NCBI GenBank assembly: GCA_020354085.1
Contig: CP070641.1
Location: forward strand, 1,486,384-1,529,901
Length of the DNA stretch: 43,518 nt
Origin: Pseudomonadota bacterium
GTDB lineage: Bacteria; Pseudomonadota; Gammaproteobacteria; Acidiferrobacterales; Sulfurifustaceae
Direction of reading: 5' to 3'
Under the pieces are notes generated by a model. That model had not been told where the DNA came from. It worked only from the letters and a program-made list of their open reading frames with translations, and made no database searches. Positions 26,384 through 36,044 of the stretch are shown piece by piece; the first letter of the stretch is position 1; each line of letters starts with the position of its first letter. The translations under genes and the position numbers were made by a program.

Positions 26384-27189
26384 CGGGCGCGCCTCGGGCG
26401 CGGCGTCCTGATCATCCCCCGCCACTCCGGCAGGGTCGCCGTCACGACCGCGCCCAGCAACACCACCATCCAGGACAAATAGATCCAAATCAGGAATACC
26501 GGCAGGGCCGCGAGCGCGCCATAGATCACGCGGTAGGTGGCAAAGGACAGCACGAACCAGGCGAAACCGCGCTTGGCGACCTCGAATAGCGCGGCGGCGA
26601 TGATGGCGCCGATCAGCGCGTCCCCCCAGCGCACGCGGTGATTCGGTATAACGACGTACATCAGGACAAAGGCCAACACCTCAAATACCGTAGGCGCGAG
26701 CGTCAGGATCAACGCGCGCACGCCGCTGGGCGCGGCAGGGCCGCTAACAAGCGGCAAGGAAAGCAGATACGACGTGACCGAAATGCTAAGGCCAATCAGG
26801 ATCGGTCCGAGCGTCAAGACCGCCCAGTAACCGAGAAAGCGGTGGACGCGCTTGCGCGGCTGCGCAACATGCCAGATATCGTTGAAGGCATGCTCGATGG
26901 TGGCCATGAGCATGAGCGCCGTGATGATCAGGAACAGCAGACCCCAGACCGTGAGCTGCCCGGCATTGGCGGCAAACTGTTGCAGGTACTGGCTAACGGC
27001 GTCGCCCGCGGCCGGCACGAAATTACCATAGATGAAGGTCTGCGCTGTCTCCATCCAAGCCGCAAATACCGGGAACAACGACAATACCGCGACGCTCACG
27101 GTCGTGAGCGGCACCAAGGCCAACAGCGTGGTAAAGGAAAGTTCGCCGCCGACACGCGTGCAGCGATCGGCGTGAAGACGATGGAACAC
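26380..27189 (-). CDS. YihY/BrkB family inner-membrane protein
   Basis: ...RLHADRCTRVGGELSFTTLLALVPL... followed by six TM segments. The ATG at 27399 in the ORF track overlaps the LysM gene and spans its terminator. I therefore placed the start at GTG 27189 (CTG 27243 is also possible). Confidence 0.75.
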   Translation of the reverse strand: MFHRLHADRCTRVGGELSFTTLLALVPLTTVSVAVLSLFPVFAAWMETAQTFIYGNFVPAAGDAVSQYLQQFAANAGQLTVWGLLFLIITALMLMATIEHAFNDIWHVAQPRKRVHRFLGYWAVLTLGPILIGLSISVTSYLLSLPLVSGPAAPSGVRALILTLAPTVFEVLAFVLMYVVIPNHRVRWGDALIGAIIAAALFEVAKRGFAWFVLSFATYRVIYGALAALPVFLIWIYLSWMVVLLGAVVTATLPEWRGMIRTPRPRRAR

Positions 27190-27241
27190 CAGCGCGCCAA
27201 AGTGCCCGAGGCGCGAGAGTCGCGTGAGTAATGTCTCGCCC

Positions 27242-27274
27242 AGAAAAGCGAAAGGGCCCGCGTGGGGCCCTTTC
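27242..27274 (-). terminator. Rho-independent terminator of the LysM lipoprotein gene
   Basis: The minus strand reads GAAAGGGCCC-CACGC-GGGCCCTTTC followed by GCTTTTCTG. Confidence 0.6.
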
Positions 27275-27292
27275 TTGCGATCCGTGGATCGT

Positions 27293-27730
27293 TTACTGGC
27301 CAAGATAGCGCTTGTCCGATTCTTCCACGACACCGAGCTGCCAAGCACCGCGCGTCTTGGCGTGCTTAACGGCGGCGTCGATCTCCGCACCGGAGGCACT
27401 GCGATTGATCGTGAACACCTGGCCCGGATGTATCAAATCGGCGTCCTTGATCTTGTCGCGGTTGGCTTTGTAGATAAGAGGCCACTGGTAGGGGTTGCCG
27501 TAAATCATCGGCTTGGACGAAATTCCCCACAGATGGTCGCCACGCACCACACTATAGGTATCGTCGGCTTTCTTCGCGACAACCGGATCGGGCTGCGGCT
27601 TCGGGCCCGGCTGCACTTCCGCAACCGGCTTCTCTTCCTTCGGAGGCTCCTTCGCGGGCTCGGTACTCGCACAACCGACCACCAGCGCTGCGCCGAAGGC
27701 AAGAATTAAGGCATTGTTCAACAGTTTCAT
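27293..27730 (-). CDS. LysM domain lipoprotein
   Basis: MKLLNNALILAFGAALVVGC lipobox, a Pro/Lys/Glu linker and the LysM motif YSVVRGDHLWGISSKPMIYGNPYQWPLIYKANRDKIKDADLIHPGQVFTI. Confidence 0.85.
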   Translation of the reverse strand: MKLLNNALILAFGAALVVGCASTEPAKEPPKEEKPVAEVQPGPKPQPDPVVAKKADDTYSVVRGDHLWGISSKPMIYGNPYQWPLIYKANRDKIKDADLIHPGQVFTINRSASGAEIDAAVKHAKTRGAWQLGVVEESDKRYLGQ

Positions 27731-27883
27731 TTTTAGGATTCTCCTCGTAGTTTTTGGGCGGGGGCGAGGGCTAGAAGTGGGCAAAACGTAGCATCTGGGC
27801 CGCCAAGATGTCAAGAAAAGCAGGGTATTATTCGCTTTCCGGGCCAAGGCGGCCGCCAAACGGCTTATCGATACCATTTCACA

Positions 27884-28228
27884 ATGATCACCATCTATCA
27901 CAACCCACACTGCACCAAATCGCGACAGACGCTCGCCCTGCTGCGCGAACACGGCGTCGAACCCGAAATTATTGACTACCTCAAGACGCCACCTTCAACG
28001 ACCGAACTCAAACGGCTAGTCAAATTCCTGGGCCTAACGCCGCGCGAGTTATTGCGTACCAAGGAACCCGAATACAAGGCGGCGCGGCTCGATCGCGCGA
28101 CCGCTAGTGACGAGGACATCGTACGGGCCATTGTGAAACATCCGAGACTGATGGAACGGCCAATCGTGGTCAAAGGGGGCAAGGCCGTGCTCGGCCGACC
28201 GCCCGAGAATGTCCTTAAGATCTTGTAA
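27884..28228 (+). CDS. arsC: ArsC-family arsenate reductase (glutaredoxin-coupled type)
   Basis: MITIYHNPHCTKSRQTLALLREHG...ERPIVV closely parallels the R773-type ArsC N-terminus (HNPxCxxSR). Confidence 0.8.
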   Translation: MITIYHNPHCTKSRQTLALLREHGVEPEIIDYLKTPPSTTELKRLVKFLGLTPRELLRTKEPEYKAARLDRATASDEDIVRAIVKHPRLMERPIVVKGGKAVLGRPPENVLKIL

Positions 28229-28840
<612 letters not shown>

Positions 28841-28858
28841 TGGCCAACGCCACTTGCC

Positions 28859-29602
28859 TTAGATCCCGAGACTACGCACGAAAGGAATCGTGAGGCGGCG
28901 CTGTTCGCGTAGTGAGCTCTGATCGAGACGCTCGAGCAGCGCAAACAGTGAGTGAACATCGCGCGGCTGTCGACTGAGAATATAGCGCGCAACTTCATCG
29001 GGCAACGTGAGTCCCCGGCGCATAGCCCGCACCCGCAGCGCTTCAAGCTTGCCGTCGTCGTCCAAAGCCTGAACATGATAGATGGGCCCCCACGCGAGCC
29101 GGCTCGCGAGGTCAGCAAGGCATAGACCGAGGTCACGTGGCGGTCGGCTGGCCGCGACCAGCAGCATTCCGCCTGCGGCGCGCAAGCGTTCAGTGAGCGC
29201 GAACAGCGCCCGCTCCCAGTCCTCACCGCCGGCCACGGCATCGAGGTTATCGAGACACACAAGCGCCGCGGTTTCGCGATCCTCCAACAACGCAGGTGAC
29301 AGCGGCGGACCCTGGTCGAGCGGCACGTACGCGGCACGACGCTGGCTCTCGTCCACGGCACGGCAGGCACCCTCCAGCAAGTGGCTGCGGCCACTACCTG
29401 ATTCACCCCACAAGTAGACGACAGGTTGCGCCGAATGACCGTCGCGCGCGAGTGCATTGAGCGCCACGCGCAGACTCTCGACCAATTCGCGGTTTCGCCC
29501 TGGGATGAAGTTTTCCAGCGACGACGCATCGCGAAGTCGGACATTGAGCGCGAGCTGCTGACTCACGGCCGCAGTACTTGAAGCAGACACGACGCCCGGC
29601 AA
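28859..29602 (-). CDS. hda: DnaA regulatory inactivator Hda
   Basis: QLALNVRLRDASSLENFIPGRN..., Walker A LWGESGSGRSHLL and the DnaA-like AAA+ box VII/sensor region. The start codon is uncertain (TTG 29602 or a nearby GTG). Confidence 0.85.
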   Translation of the reverse strand: MPGVVSASSTAAVSQQLALNVRLRDASSLENFIPGRNRELVESLRVALNALARDGHSAQPVVYLWGESGSGRSHLLEGACRAVDESQRRAAYVPLDQGPPLSPALLEDRETAALVCLDNLDAVAGGEDWERALFALTERLRAAGGMLLVAASRPPRDLGLCLADLASRLAWGPIYHVQALDDDGKLEALRVRAMRRGLTLPDEVARYILSRQPRDVHSLFALLERLDQSSLREQRRLTIPFVRSLGI

Positions 29603-29608
29603 AGCAGT

Positions 29609-30181
29609 CTAGGTGTGGCGATCAGAAGCATGCTTTTCGGGCTCGACCTGCTTCATGATGATCCACTTCCACAAGTAGTGGGCACCACTCGACACCGTTG
29701 TGACCATGACACCATAGACGAGCAACGTGCGCACCATCGGATAGGCCACCCCAATCGCCTCCTCGCCCAGGATCAACACGACTAACGCGATTTGCACCAG
29801 GGTGTTGAGCTTGCTGAGGCGGCTCGGCTGCATCGCCACGGGTCCGACCAGCGACGTATAGGTCAGATAGCCACCAACGATCAAAAGGTCGCGGAAGGCC
29901 ACCGTCAGCATCAGCCAGAAAGGCACGTGATCGAGCAAGGTCAGCATGACATAAGCGCTCAGCAACAGCAGCTTGTCCGCGATCGGATCTAGAATGGAAC
30001 CGAGACGGCTGATATAGCCGTAGCGCTTGGCGATAAACCCGTCGAGCGCATCCGAAAGGCCAGCGAGGAAAAATACGACCAGCGCCATGCGGTAGTCCTG
30101 GTCCTTTAGCGTAAGGATCAGCAGCGGCGCGGCGGCGATCCGCGCCATGGTAAGCAAGTTCGGTAGTTGTGAAAGGTTCAT
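29609..30181 (-). CDS. CDP-alcohol phosphatidyltransferase family protein
   Basis: Start at [15 protein letters not shown]. Signature [27 protein letters not shown]. 190 aa with multiple TM segments. Confidence 0.85.
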   Translation of the reverse strand: MNLSQLPNLLTMARIAAAPLLILTLKDQDYRMALVVFFLAGLSDALDGFIAKRYGYISRLGSILDPIADKLLLLSAYVMLTLLDHVPFWLMLTVAFRDLLIVGGYLTYTSLVGPVAMQPSRLSKLNTLVQIALVVLILGEEAIGVAYPMVRTLLVYGVMVTTVSSGAHYLWKWIIMKQVEPEKHASDRHT

Positions 30182-30307
30182 GCGGGCACCCAAACCATCG
30201 GGCGTACGGCTGCGGGGCACGCTATCGGCCACCGCCCGGCAAGTCAAGGTTTGCGCGGCACCGCGCCCAGACCTACTATTAAGCGCCATCACAGCAAGCC
30301 CCGCGCC

Positions 30308-31351
30308 GTGGAAAAACCGAAAGTTCCCCTCAGCTACCGCGATGCGGGCGTCGACATCGACGCCGGCGACGCCTTGGTCGAAGCAATCAAGCCTATCGCC
30401 CGCGCCACCCAACGCCCCGGCGTGCTCGCCGGCATCGGCGGATTCGGGGCGATGTTCGAAATTCCGCCCGGCCAGTACCGCGAACCGGTTCTGGTATCGA
30501 GCACCGATGGTGTAGGCACCAAGCTCAAACTCGCCATCGAACTCAATCGCCATGACACCATCGGCATCGACCTGGTCGCCATGTGCGTAAACGACATTGT
30601 CGTGCAGGGCGCCGAGCCGCTGTTCTTCCTGGACTATTTCGCCACCGGCAAGCTCGACACCGCCACCGCCGCACAGGTTATTGCGGGAATCGGACGCGGC
30701 TGCGAACAGGCCGGTTGCGCCTTGGTCGGCGGCGAGACTGCCGAGATGCCCGGTATGTACGCGCCCGGTGACTACGACCTCGCCGGCTTCACGGTCGGCG
30801 TGGTGGAAAAATCGAAGATCATCGACGGATCAAAGGTCGAGGCCAACGATGTCCTCATCGGTATCACCGCGAGCGGCCCGCACTCCAATGGCTACTCACT
30901 CGTGCGGCGCATCCTCGGCGTCACCGGCGCCGAACTCACGAAGGCATTTGACGGCGCGACGCTTGGCGAGGCCCTGCTCGCGCCGACGCGCATCTATGTC
31001 AAACCCTTGCTTGCCCTCATGCGCAGCGTCCCCGTGCATGCCGCGGCACACATCACCGGTGGCGGCCTGCCCGGCAACATGCCGCGCGTGCTACCGGAAA
31101 ACACCCGTGCAGTAATCGAGAGTCGTACCTGGCAGCGCCCCGCGATCTTCGACTGGTTGCAGAACGGCGGAAACGTCGAAGATCAGGAAATGTACCGCAC
31201 TTTCAATTGCGGCATCGGTATGGTGGTGGTTGTCGCGCCCGGAGATGCGGAACGCACCATTGAACTACTTAAGCAGCACGGCGAAACGGCGCATGTCATC
31301 GGCCACATCGAACCCCATCGCGGTGAGGCGGAGGTCGCCATCCGGAAATGA
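30308..31351 (+). CDS. purM: Phosphoribosylformylglycinamidine cyclo-ligase
   Basis: A GTG start gives [25 protein letters not shown]. Conserved DGVGTKL and GGETAEMPG blocks. 347 aa. Confidence 0.95.
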   Translation: MEKPKVPLSYRDAGVDIDAGDALVEAIKPIARATQRPGVLAGIGGFGAMFEIPPGQYREPVLVSSTDGVGTKLKLAIELNRHDTIGIDLVAMCVNDIVVQGAEPLFFLDYFATGKLDTATAAQVIAGIGRGCEQAGCALVGGETAEMPGMYAPGDYDLAGFTVGVVEKSKIIDGSKVEANDVLIGITASGPHSNGYSLVRRILGVTGAELTKAFDGATLGEALLAPTRIYVKPLLALMRSVPVHAAAHITGGGLPGNMPRVLPENTRAVIESRTWQRPAIFDWLQNGGNVEDQEMYRTFNCGIGMVVVVAPGDAERTIELLKQHGETAHVIGHIEPHRGEAEVAIRK

Positions 31352-32004
31352 CCGACCGGCGGGCCGGCATCGTTGTCCTGATCTCCGGTCGTGGCAGCAA
31401 TCTGCAGGCGATCATCGACGCCGTACGTGGCGGCGACATCCCGGCCGACGTGCGCGCAGTAATTAGTAATAATCCTGACGCCGCCGGACTCGCATATGCC
31501 AAGGCGGCAAGCATCCCGACCGAGATCATCGATCACCGTACGTACTCAGACCGGGCGAGTTTCGATCGAGCGCTCATGCATACTATCGACCGCTATTCGC
31601 CGAGCGCCGTAGTCTTGGCCGGATTCATGCGCATCCTGACTCCGGCTTTCATCGAACACTACCGGGGCCGACTCCTTAATGTTCACCCCTCGCTCCTGCC
31701 GGCCTTCGCGGGGCTCAATACCCATGCCCGCGCGCTCGCCGCCGGCGTCCAGGAACACGGGGCAACCGTGCACTTCGTCACGCCGGAGGTCGACTCCGGT
31801 CCGATCATCGTGCAGGCGCGCGTACCCGTTTTCCCCGACGACGATGCAAAGGGGCTTGCGGCGCGCGTGCTTGCCGTGGAGCATCGCATCCTGCCGCTTG
31901 CCATTCGCTGGTTCGTCGAAGGTCGACTCACCGTGCAGGATGGCCGGGTCCTGGTTGACGGCGGAATCGACCCACGGCAGGGTTTGCGGCCTCCCACGGC
32001 GTAA
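31348..32004 (+). CDS. purN: Phosphoribosylglycinamide formyltransferase
   Basis: [27 protein letters not shown] and [17 protein letters not shown]. The ATG overlaps the purM stop. Confidence 0.95.
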   Translation: MTDRRAGIVVLISGRGSNLQAIIDAVRGGDIPADVRAVISNNPDAAGLAYAKAASIPTEIIDHRTYSDRASFDRALMHTIDRYSPSAVVLAGFMRILTPAFIEHYRGRLLNVHPSLLPAFAGLNTHARALAAGVQEHGATVHFVTPEVDSGPIIVQARVPVFPDDDAKGLAARVLAVEHRILPLAIRWFVEGRLTVQDGRVLVDGGIDPRQGLRPPTA

Positions 32005-32081
32005 CCGCGTGCAAGTGCGGCGGATGTTAGACGAAAAAACAATAAGTTAGCTGCCAAAACGGCAACTTTCGCTGAGTGGAT

Positions 32082-32109
32082 GGAATAATCCCCCGAATCG
32101 GATCGTCTA
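32082..32109 (+). promoter_or_regulatory. Candidate ECF-type promoter GGAAT-N17-CGTCTAG upstream of the ECF sigma gene
   Basis: GGAAT at 32082..32086 and CGTC at 32104..32107, with a 17-nt spacer, ~60 nt upstream of the ATG at 32168. ECF sigma operons are usually autoregulated from GGAAC/CGT-type promoters. Confidence 0.4.
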
Positions 32110-32167
32110 GTACGAAGGTCATACACTAGTAGTCCACCGCTGTTTCCAAGGCGACCAAACCAGCTCG

Positions 32168-32728
32168 ATGGATTTCTTCAACATTTTTCAACGTTCGCGT
32201 AGCAGCCTCAGGCAGCTCGAACAGCACCGTCAGCGGCTCTACCGCATCGCGTACTCGTGGACGCACAGCGCCGCGCTTGCCGATGATCTCGTGCAAGAGA
32301 CGCTGACCAAGGCGCTACAAAAGCACGGGCAGCTGCGGGATACCGGCGCGGGTGAGGCTTGGCTCTATACGATTCTTTCGAACTGTCTGCGCGACCACTA
32401 CCGTCGCCAGCGCGAAGCCGACGATATCGATGAGCTATGTTTGGTCGACGAAGCGGGCCCGGAACAGGTCTCCAGCCAGCAACAAATCGTCAACCAAGTG
32501 CGCACGGCGATTGCCCGGTTACCGATGGGCCAGCGTCAGGTCGTGACGCTGGTGGATCTGGAAGGGTTCAGCTACAGCGAAGTTGCCAATATCTTGGTGG
32601 TGCCCGTGGGGACGGTCATGAGCCGCCTGTGCCGCGCGCGTGCTGCCCTCAAGGAGATTCTTTCGGCAGTTCGCCAAAACGATGCAGAGCCGGCCGCGCC
32701 TAGCGCGAGAATCCGGAGGATCAAGTGA
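32168..32728 (+). CDS. ECF-type RNA polymerase sigma factor (sigma-70 family)
   Basis: Region 2 LYRIAYSWTHSAALADDLVQETLTKAL and region 4 QRQVVTLVDLEGFSYSEVANILVVPVGTVMSRLCRARAAL. Confidence 0.9.
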   Translation: MDFFNIFQRSRSSLRQLEQHRQRLYRIAYSWTHSAALADDLVQETLTKALQKHGQLRDTGAGEAWLYTILSNCLRDHYRRQREADDIDELCLVDEAGPEQVSSQQQIVNQVRTAIARLPMGQRQVVTLVDLEGFSYSEVANILVVPVGTVMSRLCRARAALKEILSAVRQNDAEPAAPSARIRRIK

Positions 32729-33540
32729 TGAAGGACAATCAATTTTCGCAGGAATTTTTGAACGCGTTCGTGGACGATCAGTTGACGGCCGAAGAGAAGT
32801 CTCGTGCCTATCCGCAAATCAGCCAGGACGAGTCACTCAATCGTGCCGTTTGTGAGCTGCGCAAGACGCGTGATCTCGTGCAACTTGCCTATCGTGATGT
32901 CCCAACGCCGCCGTCGCGCGGTCTTCCGCAGCCGCGCACCGGACTTCTCGGTTTGAGCCTCGCCGCCGGCATCGCGCTGGGTATCGGCATTTCGCTCGGC
33001 TGGTTTCTGCACGAACCGAAGATGCCGACCGTGACTACAGTCGCCCATCAACCGCTACGACCGGCAGGAGTGTCCGTCGTCGCCGCGCCAGCAGGAGCGT
33101 TACCGAGTGCGCCGCGCGAGGTGGCGACGCCGGTGACGGCGGGGGCTACCCAGGCCGTAGCGCCAATGAGTCAAACTGCCAAGGTGCTCATGCACCTAAG
33201 CCAGGGCGAAACATCACGGCTCGACCAGGCGCTGACCGAAATCGAACAACTCGTGCAGTACTACCGCACAAGCGGTCAGACGGCGCGCGTCGAAGTGGTT
33301 ATTAACAGTGAAGGCTTGAATCTCGTGCGTAGCGACGTGTCGCCATTCCCGGAACGCGTCCAACGTTTGCAACGCGAATACGACAATCTCGCGTTTGTTG
33401 CCTGTCAGAACACGATCGACCGGCTCAAACGCGAAAAGGGTATCACCGCGCAGTTGCTGCCCGGTGTGTCCGTGATCGACTCTGGGGTAGTGCAGCTCAT
33501 GCGCCGCCAACACCAAGGTTGGTCCTACATTCAGGTCTAG
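32725..33540 (+). CDS. Membrane anti-sigma factor with periplasmic DsrE/DsrF-like (COG1416-type) domain
   Basis: The start overlaps the sigma stop (GTGATGA). The N-terminal anti-sigma-like helices are FLNAFVDDQLTAEEKSRAY...CELRKTRDLVQLAY, followed by one TM helix (LLGLSLAAGIALGIGISLGWFL) and a P/A/V-rich linker. The C-terminal ~115 aa (KVLMHLSQGE...VEVVINSEGLNLV...FVACQNT...VIDSGVVQLMRRQHQGWSYIQV) are colinear with the next gene and with DsrE-like proteins. Confidence 0.75.
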   Translation: MMKDNQFSQEFLNAFVDDQLTAEEKSRAYPQISQDESLNRAVCELRKTRDLVQLAYRDVPTPPSRGLPQPRTGLLGLSLAAGIALGIGISLGWFLHEPKMPTVTTVAHQPLRPAGVSVVAAPAGALPSAPREVATPVTAGATQAVAPMSQTAKVLMHLSQGETSRLDQALTEIEQLVQYYRTSGQTARVEVVINSEGLNLVRSDVSPFPERVQRLQREYDNLAFVACQNTIDRLKREKGITAQLLPGVSVIDSGVVQLMRRQHQGWSYIQV

Positions 33541-33604
33541 TAGCAACACCCATTGGAAGTTGTAACTGGTAGAAGCTCATAGGAGCAAGGATCAGGAGAA
33601 ACCG

Positions 33605-34105
33605 ATGCGTAAGACTATCTCAATAACTCTCATGAGTCTGATCGCCGCGCTAGCGCTCGGCTGCAAGCAGGAGCCCGCGCCGAAGCCGGCTGCGCACCCT
33701 GCTAAGACCGAATCTGGGGCTAAGAGCGAACCCGGTACGTACGAAAAGCAAAAGGTTGTGTACCACATCAACTACAACGATGAGAAGGAACTCAAAGGCG
33801 CGATGCGTAATGTGCAAAACCACATTAACGCGGTCGGCAAAGAGAATCTGGATCTGAAGGTAGTCATGCACGGTAACGGCGTCGACTTGCTGAAACAAGC
33901 CAACGACAATCCGGATATGCAGTCGACCGTGATCAACCTCAAGAAGCAGGGTATTGGCTTCCAAGTCTGCGCAAACACCCTGAAGGGCAAGAAGATCAAC
34001 TATAAGAACGACCTGTTCGACGTATCCGAGTCGGACATCGTGCCGAGCGGTGTAGCGGAGATCGCTGCGCTCCAGCAGAAGGGCTACTCCTACGTGAAGC
34101 CGTAA
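33605..34105 (+). CDS. DsrE/DsrF-like (COG1416-type) lipoprotein
   Basis: Lipobox LALGC, then KVVYHINYNDEKELKGAMRNVQNHI...LKVVMHGNGVDLL...FQVCANTLKGKKI...IVPSGVAEIAALQQKGYSYVKP, the pattern I associate with the COG1416 branch of the DsrE superfamily. Confidence 0.8.
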   Translation: MRKTISITLMSLIAALALGCKQEPAPKPAAHPAKTESGAKSEPGTYEKQKVVYHINYNDEKELKGAMRNVQNHINAVGKENLDLKVVMHGNGVDLLKQANDNPDMQSTVINLKKQGIGFQVCANTLKGKKINYKNDLFDVSESDIVPSGVAEIAALQQKGYSYVKP

Positions 34106-34183
34106 TCACGCAACAGACAACGTCTTAAGTCCCAAGAGGACTGAAAAACAAAAGCAAAAACTAGACTGATTGCCTCTCTCCTC

Positions 34184-34211
34184 AGCCCGCGCAGTACGCG
34201 GGCTTTTTTTT
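34184..34211 (+). terminator. Rho-independent terminator of the sigma/anti-sigma/DsrE-like operon
   Basis: AGCCCGCG-CAGTA-CGCGGGCT followed by TTTTTTTT. Confidence 0.8.
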
Positions 34212-34238
34212 GCGCCCTGCATGGATGCAGTAGTGCCG

Positions 34239-34508
34239 CGAGAGCACAGGGATGTGCGGAGCGGCGGTGCAGGGACACACACATGCCGGGCCAGCGAACG
34301 GATGCGCGCCTGGCGCCGGCGCGACCTCCACGAATGGCGAAAGCCGGTCTCTCTCGGCATCCTCGGCAACCGCTCCTTGCGTCGCGCTACCTCCTCCCTC
34401 CCTGGAGTCGTGCCTCCCGTGCTGTACAGGGACGTACGAATACCGCGAGACGCAGGAAGCTGGGAGCGGTCAACACTTGTGCATGCCTGTACCTCCCGAG
34501 AGCACAGG
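34239..34508 (+). repeat. Dispersed direct repeats in a long spacer: CGAGAGCACAGG x2 and CAGGGA x4
   Basis: The 12-mer occurs at 34239..34250 and 34497..34508. CAGGGA occurs at 34247, 34270, 34427 and 34516. No convincing ORF lies in this interval. Confidence 0.5.
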
Positions 34509-34724
34509 CGACTACCAGGGATGCTGGGGGCTAGGGCGATCCCAGAAGGAAATCCTAAGGAAGTACCGCTGCTGGCCCGCCGAGTGGATTTCTTTCTCTA
34601 GCCCCCGAACGGCAACCGTCCTTCTAGAAGGCTGGCTTGCGGTGGCGTGTTGCGTACATCCGCCTTCGACGACTATCCTTTGCGCCCACCACAAATCAGC
34701 CCAGCCTCAAATACTTCAACGGCC

Positions 34725-36044
34725 ATGCAAGAGCTGCTCGGTTTACTGCCGACCCGTGATTCCATCGGGACGTTCATAGCCGCCCCGGATACGTGGCGCC
34801 AGGTGGCAATTATCGCGGGTGGCGCCATCGTAGCCTGGTCGCTGTCGTTCGTTGTTCACCGTCGCGCGGCCTCAGCCCTACAACCTGGCGCAATGGCCGA
34901 TGGTGTACACCGCACGGCGGTGCGCACTGGCCTGCTTGCACTTACGCCGATCCTGTTGTGGCTTTGGTTACTGGCGGCGTCGGCAATTTTGCGCCGTTAT
35001 GGTCTGGATACTCAGATACTGCGTCCCGCGATGCTCTTGGTGGGAGCGCTCGCCCTGATCCGCATGGGCGTGTTCGTGCTGCGCCACTCCTTGAGCCCCG
35101 GCAGTCAGCTCAAGGCCTACGAGGGTACCTTTACGTTGACGATCTGGGCGCTGGCGGCCATTCACATCCTGGGCCTGATGCCCTTCGTACAACAAACCCT
35201 AGACGAGTATTCGTTCACGGTCGGTCAAGTAACGATATCGATTTATACGATACTGAGCTTCGCGTTTTCGGTCGTACTACTGCTGCTCATCGCGTTGTGG
35301 CTCGCCAACGTCGTGCAATGGCGACTGCGCCGCAGCCAAGTGCTGGACGAAAGCCTCAAGATCGCGCTGTCCAAGATTAGCAAGTTTGCTTTGCTGACAA
35401 TCGCCGTGATCGCGGCGATGCTGGCGGCCGGCATCGACCTCACGGCGTTCGCGGTCTTCGGTGGTGCGCTCGGTGTTGGTATCGGCCTTGGTTTGCAACG
35501 CATCGTAAGCAACTTCGTGAGCGGCATTATCCTGGCCTTTGAGGGGTCCATTCGACCGGGCGATGTTATTTCGATCGGTAATACCTTCGGCACCGTGCAG
35601 GCCTTGCACGCGCGCCACATCGTCGTGCGCACACGCGACGGGCTGGACATCCTGGTACCAAACGAAAATCTGCTGACGCAGGACATCACCAATTGGTCGT
35701 ATGGCGATCGCAACGTGCGCATCAAGCTGCCCGTGCAGATCAGTTACGATGATGATCCGGAAATGGCGATTGCCGTCCTGATCGAGGCCGCCCTCACCCA
35801 TCAACGCGTACTGAAAGACCCACCGCCGACCGGCGTGCTAGTTGCTTTCGGGGAAAGTGGCATCGACATGGAGGCGCGCTTCTGGGTCAAAGACCCGGAG
35901 CACGGCGTTGGCAACGTGCGATCGGAAGTCAATCGCGCCATCTGGCAGGCGCTCAAACGCGCGGGCATCAGCATCCCCTACCCGCAACGCGATCTGCACA
36001 TCAAGGGGCCAGTTCCGGCAGGCGTCCCTCGCGCCGATAAGTAA
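34725..36044 (+). CDS. Mechanosensitive ion channel family protein (MscS-like)
   Basis: Start at [10 protein letters not shown] (ATG 34725). Multiple N-terminal TM helices, then the MscS core [40 protein letters not shown].....[15 protein letters not shown]. Confidence 0.9.
   Translation: MQELLGLLPTRDSIGTFIAAPDTWRQVAIIAGGAIVAWSLSFVVHRRAASALQPGAMADGVHRTAVRTGLLALTPILLWLWLLAASAILRRYGLDTQILRPAMLLVGALALIRMGVFVLRHSLSPGSQLKAYEGTFTLTIWALAAIHILGLMPFVQQTLDEYSFTVGQVTISIYTILSFAFSVVLLLLIALWLANVVQWRLRRSQVLDESLKIALSKISKFALLTIAVIAAMLAAGIDLTAFAVFGGALGVGIGLGLQRIVSNFVSGIILAFEGSIRPGDVISIGNTFGTVQALHARHIVVRTRDGLDILVPNENLLTQDITNWSYGDRNVRIKLPVQISYDDDPEMAIAVLIEAALTHQRVLKDPPPTGVLVAFGESGIDMEARFWVKDPEHGVGNVRSEVNRAIWQALKRAGISIPYPQRDLHIKGPVPAGVPRADK

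Noticed and set aside
34208-34687. 9-bp direct repeat TTTGCGCCC at 34208 and 34679 flanking ~460 bp, considered as a target-site duplication of an inserted MITE.
   Set aside because: No terminal inverted repeats lie inside the putative ends. A single 9-mer coincidence within a 600-bp GC-rich region is roughly what chance predicts.
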